A stretch of DNA of 64,000 nucleotides from Alphaproteobacteria bacterium (GTDB lineage Bacteria > Pseudomonadota > Alphaproteobacteria > Rs-D84). Numbering within the stretch: the stretch's first letter is position 1; every line of letters starts with the position of its first letter. The stretch spans positions 2,096-66,095 of the forward strand of contig JAFQOQ010000009.1 in the NCBI GenBank assembly GCA_017403085.1. The letters run 5' to 3'. A program made the position numbers and the translations under genes. Positions 57,002-64,000 of the stretch are shown piece after piece. A model generated the notes under the pieces. It was not told where the DNA came from. It saw only the letters and a program-made list of their open reading frames with translations, and made no database searches.

Positions 57002-57877
57002 ATGTCATCAATTTTTGTCTTTCCGGGCCAGGGCGCACAAAGCGTTGGTATGGGGAAAGAATTATATGAAAACAATGCGGCCGCACGCGCAGTATTTGAT
57101 GAAGTAGATGATGCGCTGGGGGAAAAATTATCCGATATTATTTTTAATGGACCGGCCGAAGAATTAACACTGACTGCAAATGTTCAGCCTGCAATTATGG
57201 CAACGTCTATTGCCATGATGCGCGCCGCAAATGCCACGGTGCCAGAATTTGTCGCAGGACACAGTTTAGGTGAATACACCGCACTGTGTGCCGCAGGGGC
57301 GATTTCTGTGGGGGATGCCGCAAAATTATTGCGTGTGCGCGGTAATGCAATGCAGACCGCAGTACCTGTTGGACAGGGCCTGACCGCGGTTATATTGGGA
57401 TTAAATATTGATGCCGTACGCGAAATATGCGCAAAAACAGATTGCGATGTTGCAAATGACAATTCAGATGGCCAGGTCGTTATTTCTGGGGCGCGCGATG
57501 TGGTAGAGGCAACAATGGCCGCTGCAAAAGAGGCGGGCGCTAAACGCGCAATGCCGTTGGCGTTGTCTGTACCAGTGCATTGCAGAATTCAGGCGCCGGC
57601 CGCAGATGCAATGCGGGCCGCACTGGAAAACACCAATATGGTCACACCAATCGTTCCAATTATTTCTAATAAAACATGCACACCATTGACGGATGTCGAT
57701 GAAATAAAAGACGCGTTGGTTTATCAAATTACGCATGGGGTGCGCTGGCGTGAAAGCGTCTTAAATATGGCGAATCTGGGGATAACCGATATGATAGAAG
57801 TTGGCCCGGGCGCAGTTTTGACGGGACTATGTTCGCGTATCACAGATAAGATAAATGCTAAAAAATTGGAGATTTAA
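57002..57877 (+). CDS. fabD: Malonyl-CoA-ACP transacylase
   Basis: FPGQGAQ and GHSLGEY motifs. Confidence 0.95.
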   Translation: MSSIFVFPGQGAQSVGMGKELYENNAAARAVFDEVDDALGEKLSDIIFNGPAEELTLTANVQPAIMATSIAMMRAANATVPEFVAGHSLGEYTALCAAGAISVGDAAKLLRVRGNAMQTAVPVGQGLTAVILGLNIDAVREICAKTDCDVANDNSDGQVVISGARDVVEATMAAAKEAGAKRAMPLALSVPVHCRIQAPAADAMRAALENTNMVTPIVPIISNKTCTPLTDVDEIKDALVYQITHGVRWRESVLNMANLGITDMIEVGPGAVLTGLCSRITDKINAKKLEI

Positions 57878-57879
57878 TT

Positions 57880-58608
57880 ATGTTTGATTTAACAGGAAAA
57901 GTTGCGTTGATTACCGGGGCCACAGGTGGTATTGGTGCGGCAATCGCAAAAAAAATGAAGGAAGCGGGCGCAACCGTTGTTGTGTCTGGACGCAATGTCG
58001 CAAAAATGAACGCAGAATTTGACGACAGTTTCATCAAAATTCCATGTGATTTGGCATCTGATGGTGGGGCGGTTGAACTGATTATGGATACAATCGAAAA
58101 GGCAGGGAAATTAGATATCTTAATCAATAACGCAGGTATTACCAAAGACACGCTGTTGATGCGCATGACAGATGAACAATTTGACGACGTTATTAACACT
58201 AACTTGCGTTCATGCTTTAAAATGTGTCGCGCCGCAATTATGCCAATGATGAAAAATCGATTTGGACGTATTATCAATATGGCGTCTATCATCGGAACTA
58301 TTGGCGGGGCAGGGCAGGCAAACTATGCCGCGTCCAAGGGCGGCATGATTGCAATGACAAAATCCATCGCCGCAGAAGTTGGCAGTCGTGGTATCACTGC
58401 AAATGCAATTGCGCCTGGGTTTATAAAAACACCAATGACAGATGTTTTGCCCGAAGAATTAAAAAAGACATATTTGTCACAAATCCCAGCAGGTCGATTT
58501 GGCGAACCAGAAGACGTTGCAAATGCATGTGTGTTCTTGGCGTCTGACGAGGCATCATATATCAACGGCCAAACATTACATATAAATGGTGGTATGGGCA
58601 GATTCTAA
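57880..58608 (+). CDS. fabG: 3-oxoacyl-ACP reductase
   Basis: TGATGGIG, NNAG and YAASKGG SDR motifs. Confidence 0.93.
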   Translation: MFDLTGKVALITGATGGIGAAIAKKMKEAGATVVVSGRNVAKMNAEFDDSFIKIPCDLASDGGAVELIMDTIEKAGKLDILINNAGITKDTLLMRMTDEQFDDVINTNLRSCFKMCRAAIMPMMKNRFGRIINMASIIGTIGGAGQANYAASKGGMIAMTKSIAAEVGSRGITANAIAPGFIKTPMTDVLPEELKKTYLSQIPAGRFGEPEDVANACVFLASDEASYINGQTLHINGGMGRF

Positions 58609-60251
58609 TGAATAAATACGACGTGATTGTTATCGGTGGGGGACACGCCGGCATCGAAGCCGCGGCGGCGGCGGCACGTCGTGGTGCAAAAACACTGTTG
58701 ATGACACAATGCATGTCTGATTTAGGGGCCCTGTCATGTAATCCAAGTATTGGTGGGCCCGGCAAATCACAGATGGTGGCAGAAATAACTGCACTGGGGG
58801 GCGTTATGGGACGCGCCGCGGATCGCAGTGGTATTCATTGGCGAACACTGAACGCAACACATGGGGCCGCAACACAGGCGTTGCGCGCACAGATTGACCG
58901 TGATATGTATCACAATGCAATTGTTGATATACTGGGCGAATATAAAAATCTGGATATTGTATTTGAAACGGTTGTTTCTTTGGATATCGAACGTGCGATT
59001 GTTAATGATAAATATAACGGCACGGCACTGGTTTTAACAACAGGTACATTTTTGAACGGATTGGTGACGCGGGGCGATGAAAAATTATCGTCAGGCCGAT
59101 TGCAAGACGATGGGACGTATCAGGCGGCCGATAAAAATATTTCTGATGTGTTGCGCAGCGCAGGATTTAAAATTATGCGACTGAAAACAGGAACGCCCGC
59201 GCGCATAAGACGATCATCAATTGATTTTTCTTTGTGCGAAGTGCAACCTGGGGACACGCCACACGATTGGTTTGCAGACGGGTGCGCTGATAATAAATAT
59301 GATAGTGTTTGCTATATCACACACACAACAGAAAAAACGCATCAAATCATTCGCGATAACATTAAAAACGCACCGATGTATAATGGCGATATTCAGGGCA
59401 CTGGACCGCGATATTGCCCCAGCCTGGAAGACAAGGTTATGCGTTTCCCGGAACATACATCACACCATGTATTCTTGGAACCAGAAGGATGGGACAGTGA
59501 TTTAATTTATCCTAATGGTATATCAACCAGTTTTGGCAGCGATATACAAGATAAATGGATACGCACGATACCTGCACTGGAAAATGCAGAAATTGTACGA
59601 TATGGATATGCAATTGAATATGACGCAATTGATGCGCGCAGTCTGAACGACAAACTGCAAAGCAAAGATGTGCCACATTTATTCTTTGCAGGACAAATAA
59701 ACGGAACATCGGGATACGAAGAAGCCGCCGCCCAAGGTTTGGTTGCAGGCGCAAATGCCGCGGCATTTGCATGCGGGAAAGAATACCTGGAAATCGATCG
59801 TACAAACGCCATGATTGGTGTGATGATTGACGATATCACAACATTGGGGGTTGATGAACCATATCGAATGTTTTCATCACGTGCAGAATATAGACTTAGC
59901 CTGCGGGCGGATAATGCAATTGCACGACTGGGACCAATTGGGGTAAAAATCGGACTGACGACCAAAGATTGGTACAATAAAATATTTGATTCAAAGAAAG
60001 AAACTATTGCAGAAAACGATAAATTCTATGCGGGATACATTGCACGAAACGAGCGTGAAATTGCAGCATATAAACGCGACGCAAACCTAAAAATACCAAA
60101 CGATTTTGTATATGCAGGGTTACCAGGACTGACAAATGAATTGATAGAAAAACTGACGGCGACACGTCCTGAAAACATCGCAGATTTATCGCGTATCCCG
60201 GGCATGACACCAGCAGGAATAATGGTCGTTCTGCGAAAGATAAAGAATTAA
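58608..60251 (+). CDS. mnmG: tRNA uridine 5-carboxymethylaminomethyl modification enzyme MnmG (short, 547 aa)
   Basis: YDVIVIGGGHAG FAD motif, FFAGQINGTSGYEEAAAQG, C-terminal RIPGMTPAG. Confidence 0.93.
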   Translation: MNKYDVIVIGGGHAGIEAAAAAARRGAKTLLMTQCMSDLGALSCNPSIGGPGKSQMVAEITALGGVMGRAADRSGIHWRTLNATHGAATQALRAQIDRDMYHNAIVDILGEYKNLDIVFETVVSLDIERAIVNDKYNGTALVLTTGTFLNGLVTRGDEKLSSGRLQDDGTYQAADKNISDVLRSAGFKIMRLKTGTPARIRRSSIDFSLCEVQPGDTPHDWFADGCADNKYDSVCYITHTTEKTHQIIRDNIKNAPMYNGDIQGTGPRYCPSLEDKVMRFPEHTSHHVFLEPEGWDSDLIYPNGISTSFGSDIQDKWIRTIPALENAEIVRYGYAIEYDAIDARSLNDKLQSKDVPHLFFAGQINGTSGYEEAAAQGLVAGANAAAFACGKEYLEIDRTNAMIGVMIDDITTLGVDEPYRMFSSRAEYRLSLRADNAIARLGPIGVKIGLTTKDWYNKIFDSKKETIAENDKFYAGYIARNEREIAAYKRDANLKIPNDFVYAGLPGLTNELIEKLTATRPENIADLSRIPGMTPAGIMVVLRKIKN

Positions 60252-60300
60252 AAAAATCACTGGAATTTATTCTAGCAATGGTTTATAGTCATTTTCGCAC

Positions 60301-60338
60301 GCCGGTGTAGCTCAGCTGGTAGAGCATCTCATTCGTAA
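60301..60338 (+). pseudogene. 5' half of tRNA-Thr(CGT), truncated in the anticodon loop
   Basis: GCCGGTG-TA-GCTC-AGCTGGTA-GAGC-A-TCTCA-TTCGTAA. The following AGTCAGTCGG cannot pair with TCTCA. No T-arm or CACCGGC acceptor strand follows. Confidence 0.8.
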
Positions 60339-60404
60339 AGTCAGTCGGCAAATTTCCTAACCTATTGATTATCGTTGGATTTTAAGTTGTTTTTATTAAC
60401 CAAA

Positions 60405-60542
60405 GGGACAACGCAGGGACATTTTTTACAAAAAAATGCAACAATTTGCATATACGTACAACACAATCTTATGTGGCTGCATACACTTAAAAACCAACTA
60501 AAATTTATGTGTTTTGCAGTGTAATTGTCCCTTGTTTGTCCC
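60405..60542. promoter_or_regulatory. Four GGGACA(A) sites in two inverted pairs (putative arm-type or operator sites)
   Basis: Plus strand GGGACAA at 60405 and GGGACAT at 60416. Minus strand GGGACAA at 60531-60525 and 60542-60536. 11-bp spacing within each pair. Palindrome ATGCAA-CAAT-TTGCAT lies between them. Confidence 0.5.
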
Positions 60543-60671
60543 CGAATATAAATCAACCTATCAAAACTAGCGCATTATCGGGATTTTTTGGTGGTTAGTC
60601 ATCTCATTGTATATGTTGAAATCACCAAAAAACATCCTATATATTAACCAAATACAAAAGGATTATCCAAG

Positions 60672-61721
60672 ATGGCAACAATAGAAAAGCGCAAGAGTGG
60701 AGATGGTTTTGTTTATCGTGCACGTGTGCGTGTAAAGGGCGCTGAGCCCAGAACAGCGACATTCCCAAATAAGACACTTGCCAAGGCCTGGGCACAGAAG
60801 ATAGAAGTTGAAATCAAAGAAGGGCAGTATATGCCCACTCTGCAATCACAAAAACGCACCCTGGGCGAAATAATCACTATTTACAAAGAAAGACATAATC
60901 CACTATCAATCACAACATCTGGACAGCTGGATGTATGGAACGAACAAATGGGCGCATGCAGTTTAAATATGATAACGCCAGACCGTATCTATAATACACT
61001 AAAAACGATAGAATCTATAACAACACACAATGGACAACCAAAGTCCGCCAGCACATTAAACAGATATTTGGCGGTATTAAGTTCTGCATTAACTTTTGCA
61101 GTTAAAGAGTTGGGGTGGATGCGCGAAAATCCAGCGTTCAAAGTATCACGACGTGCCGAGCCAAAGGGACGTGTCAGATTCTTGTCGGATGACGAACGCA
61201 ACAGATTATTGACCGAGATACAAAAAGCACCAAACCCATTTTTATACCCAGCAGTTATACTGGCGATTTCAACAGGGGCAAGACGTGGCGAGATATTAAA
61301 CCTAAAATGGGCGGATGTTGACTTACATCGTGGCTGGGCAACGCTGCAAGACACCAAAAATGGCGACAGACGTGGTATTGCGTTGCGTGGCCTGGCATTA
61401 GACCTGATGCGCCAACTGTGGGCAAAGAGATTATCTAACATCTGGGTATTTCCAAACGAAACAAACTCTGGACCATTTAATATCAGATACAGCTGGAACA
61501 AGGCGGTTCGTGATGCAAATTTGATAGATTTTAGATTTCACGACCTGCGACACACATGTGCCAGCTATTTAATTATGAACGGTGCATCCCTGGGCGAAAT
61601 CGCAGACGTTCTGGGACACAAAACATTGCAGATGGTGCAACGATACGCCCATATATCAGACAGCCACAAAGGTGGCGTTATTGAACGCATGAATGATAAA
61701 GTTTTCGGAGAATCAAAATGA
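60672..61721 (+). CDS. int: Tyrosine-type site-specific integrase
   Basis: TGARRGEIL (Arg I), HDLRHTCAS (His-x-x-Arg), LGHKTLQMVQRYAH (catalytic Tyr). AAAGGA SD. Confidence 0.92.
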   Translation: MATIEKRKSGDGFVYRARVRVKGAEPRTATFPNKTLAKAWAQKIEVEIKEGQYMPTLQSQKRTLGEIITIYKERHNPLSITTSGQLDVWNEQMGACSLNMITPDRIYNTLKTIESITTHNGQPKSASTLNRYLAVLSSALTFAVKELGWMRENPAFKVSRRAEPKGRVRFLSDDERNRLLTEIQKAPNPFLYPAVILAISTGARRGEILNLKWADVDLHRGWATLQDTKNGDRRGIALRGLALDLMRQLWAKRLSNIWVFPNETNSGPFNIRYSWNKAVRDANLIDFRFHDLRHTCASYLIMNGASLGEIADVLGHKTLQMVQRYAHISDSHKGGVIERMNDKVFGESK

Positions 61722-62386
61722 CACAACAATTACCTTTTGCCGATATTTTTCCACACTTGCATCCAATGCAAAAATTCACACAGCCCAACTATCCAATACT
61801 AGCTGATATTTTATTGGAATACGCACAAGATTTGGCACACTATCGTGAAAACTATCTAGATGAAGACAGAATTGCTAACGCACTGGATTGGATAAAACAA
61901 CATGGCGATTTAGACCATAAAACAATTAAACGCATCATCGAGCATTTTAGCATTCTTGACTTTAAATCAGATGTAAAAATTCAGACCTATAACAAACAAT
62001 GGATTGTATGGTTATTCGTTATTGGTGCTTTCATCCTGATAAATCAAGCAATAGAAAATGACGACATCAATACCGTTAAAAGTGATATTCAAACATGCTT
62101 AAAAAACGCACATGACTATAAAAGATTGTGGGGCGAAAGAAAAGGTCGTTATAAAGGCGCAAGCAAGACAAACGCCAAGAAAGCTGAAATAAAAAAAACA
62201 GTGCTAAAAATAACACGAGAAACAAACAATGCAAACCCCGCCAAATCCGATGATGAAAAACTAATCATCATAAAAAACAAATTTAAAAAAACATCCCCCA
62301 ACAGGGATTTCCCTTACAAAGATTCTAGTTTTACTAGAAACGATGATGCAAACATGTTTGCCCAGGCTGCAAAGCACAAGCCATAA
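61718..62386 (+). CDS. Hypothetical element protein with one TM helix and a Lys-rich tail
   Basis: ATGA overlap with the int stop. WIVWLFVIGAFILI hydrophobic segment. No family recognised. Confidence 0.55.
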   Translation: MTQQLPFADIFPHLHPMQKFTQPNYPILADILLEYAQDLAHYRENYLDEDRIANALDWIKQHGDLDHKTIKRIIEHFSILDFKSDVKIQTYNKQWIVWLFVIGAFILINQAIENDDINTVKSDIQTCLKNAHDYKRLWGERKGRYKGASKTNAKKAEIKKTVLKITRETNNANPAKSDDEKLIIIKNKFKKTSPNRDFPYKDSSFTRNDDANMFAQAAKHKP

Positions 62387-62495
62387 AGCCATCACGCTAG
62401 CGTTATGGGCAACCGCCTTGATAGGCGGTATTTTTGCATATATATTTGCCATGAACCCGCGGGCAAACCATAACCAAAAACCTAAGGAGAAAACA

Positions 62496-62726
62496 ATGGC
62501 AAATATGACGCCCAACTTTAAAACCATTCGGCAATTTGCTGAATCATATCCTGCATTTACGCAGGGCTCGCTGCGTGATTTGGTGTTTTATGCGGACTAT
62601 AACGGATTAAATCAATTTGATGCAATCCGTCGTGTCGGCGCAAAAATACTAATAAACGTTGATAATTTCTTTCGGTGGGTTGATACCAACCCTGCAAGCA
62701 AAGGAGGGTTAAATGCAAGAATTTGA
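62496..62726 (+). CDS. Excisionase/AlpA-like small DNA-binding protein (tentative)
   Basis: 76 aa from the ATG at 62496 after TAAGGAGA. ..RRVGAKILINVDNFFRWV resembles the Xis/MerR-type winged HTH C-terminus. Confidence 0.45.
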   Translation: MANMTPNFKTIRQFAESYPAFTQGSLRDLVFYADYNGLNQFDAIRRVGAKILINVDNFFRWVDTNPASKGGLNARI

Positions 62727-63777
62727 CCCACAATACGAAAATGATTATCTGGACAATATCACCGGCGATGATGATATGGACAACACCGTTCAAAAACCGA
62801 ACATCTTTTCTGTTGGCGATTTATTGGACATGGATTTACCAGAAATCAAATGGCTGCTGTATCCATTTATTCCACAAAAGGGTGTTTGTATGATTTCCGC
62901 ACCACGAGGTGTCGGGAAATCATTCTTGGCGATGACAATGGCTATTTCAATCGCATCATCTATTGACTTTCTGGGGTTCAAAACAGAACAACAATACAAA
63001 GTCCTTTATATAGATGGCGAAATGAACGGCAAGATGCTGCAAGAACGTTTTTCTAAGTTGATTGACGGCATGGAAAAAGATGGCGCAACTGTTAATCGTG
63101 ATAATCTGAAAATATTCGGATGCGATTTTCAGGGCCGTTCATCTATGCCTGATATGTCAAAGCCAACACACTGGCGTATCATAGAAAACGCTATCAACAG
63201 CATTGGTGGTGTTGACCTTATCATTCTGGATAATGTATTTACCCTGTACGGTTGTCAGGACGAAAATGCTGCATCCAGCTGGCAGGCGTTTAATCGATGG
63301 TCTGTCAGCCAGCGCATACAAAATCGTTCTGTCTTGTGGATACACCATACGGGCAAGGATACAGAAAAGGGCGGACGTGGTTCGTCAGCGATTGAAACGC
63401 TGATGGATTCGTCCATACTGCTAAAAAGGCCTGCTGGATATAACCAACAAGATGGCGCAGCGGTTGTTGTAGAATACACAAAAAGCCGCAGCGTTGCTGG
63501 CGATGCGGTTGCAAAATTTGTAATCAAATTGTGTGGCACAGATAATATACTTTATTGGACAGTCGCAAAAACAGACGAGCAATCCGAATTGGATGACTTG
63601 TTGGATTTTGTCGATAACAAAGGCATGGACGTTATGGAAATTTCAAAAGAAACCGGCATGTCCAAGTCTGCAATATATCGAAAATTTCATGCAGCTGGAA
63701 TAAAGGATGTATCCGCACGCGCAAAGCTTGCCAAACAAAAACAAGCCGAAGACACAAAATCTTTAATTGATATCTGA
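62713..63777 (+). CDS. RepA/AAA_25-like RecA-fold ATPase with C-terminal HTH
   Basis: Walker A SAPRGVGKSF, Walker B LIILDN, WIHHTGKD sensor-like motif, C-terminal ISKETGMSKSAIYRKF HTH. AAGGAGGG SD. Confidence 0.7.
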   Translation: MQEFDPQYENDYLDNITGDDDMDNTVQKPNIFSVGDLLDMDLPEIKWLLYPFIPQKGVCMISAPRGVGKSFLAMTMAISIASSIDFLGFKTEQQYKVLYIDGEMNGKMLQERFSKLIDGMEKDGATVNRDNLKIFGCDFQGRSSMPDMSKPTHWRIIENAINSIGGVDLIILDNVFTLYGCQDENAASSWQAFNRWSVSQRIQNRSVLWIHHTGKDTEKGGRGSSAIETLMDSSILLKRPAGYNQQDGAAVVVEYTKSRSVAGDAVAKFVIKLCGTDNILYWTVAKTDEQSELDDLLDFVDNKGMDVMEISKETGMSKSAIYRKFHAAGIKDVSARAKLAKQKQAEDTKSLIDI

Positions 63778-63867
63778 TGGCAAGAAAAATCCCATTTTCC
63801 CACCCTATTAAGGTACGGGAAAATGGGAATTGTATTTCTGTCCAGTTTTTGTGGATGGGATTATTGT

Positions 63868-63999
63868 CTATATTTTGCGCACCCAACCCCAACGACTCTT
63901 AATCCAATAAAAGATACAGCCGAGTCCACATACCCCCAGCAGAGGCGAAACAAAGAAAAAGCATATTGTTAATCCGGTTAAGATAAGAAAACTAAGCAT
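63868..63999 (-). CDS. Small hydrophobic ORF at the window edge (very tentative; may extend beyond the window)
   Basis: Hand translation MLSFLILTGLTICFFFVSPLLGVCGLGCIFYWIKSRWGWVRKI. Below the 60-aa track cutoff. Confidence 0.2.
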   Translation of the reverse strand: MLSFLILTGLTICFFFVSPLLGVCGLGCIFYWIKSRWGWVRKI

Positions 64000-64000
64000 A

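Larger units (their letters stand above)
60339..64000 (+). mobile_element. Integrative element; left junction at the truncated tRNA-Thr, right end beyond the window
   Basis: Tyrosine integrase, Xis/AlpA-like HTH and a RepA-like P-loop ATPase, all co-oriented immediately after the tRNA break point. Confidence 0.7.

Noticed and set aside
60339-60600. Group I intron in the tRNA-Thr anticodon loop
   Set aside because: The break position would fit. However, no 3' exon (TGAGA, T-arm, acceptor strand) follows before the integrase gene, and no P7/P3-like conserved core was evident.

Overview
Dense, AT-leaning bacterial chromosomal window. The gene content points to a Gram-negative, probably a reduced-genome alphaproteobacterium; this is inference from RpoH sigma-32, an SspB-like adaptor, a DUF4167-like protein, an MJ0042 zinc-ribbon protein, Pal/OmpA lipoproteins, LptD/SurA/LptFG and LpxD-FabZ. 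I call about 60 protein genes and three intact tRNAs (Val-TAC, Cys-GCA, Val-GAC, all with encoded CCA). A tRNA-Thr(CGT) gene stops in its anticodon loop exactly where a tyrosine-integrase element begins (60339 to the window end). I saw no rRNA and no CRISPR array. Housekeeping genes: rluD, dnaX, ybaB, pnp, rsmE, rlmN, lptD, infB, nusA, rpoH, fabZ, lpxD, infC, pal, parAB, rsmG, gpsA, recF, mreB, rnpA, yidD, accBC, metG, queH, fabDG, mnmG. Their synteny is scrambled: rpsO, rimP, rpmH, yidC and acpP are not at their usual positions. Most intergenic gaps carry short GC hairpins flanked by A/T runs, which look like bidirectional terminators. Most unusual content: (1) three tandem, translationally coupled 400-450 aa pilin-like (PilV/shufflon-N-like) genes at 6338-10210 with no pilus machinery in view; (2) a 152-aa type IV pilin-like gene fused into the dnaX operon, followed by an OmpA lipoprotein (12304-13452); (3) a 1054-aa secreted protein built from periodic cysteine modules (1136-4300), next to a tandem-repeat intergenic region; (4) an orphan TraG/VirD4-type coupling protein (19767-22010); (5) a small satellite-like integrative element with symmetric GGGACAA sites; (6) a MITE-like or structured-RNA segment beside tRNA-Val(GAC). 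All family assignments were made by eye from motifs and need HMM or BLAST confirmation.
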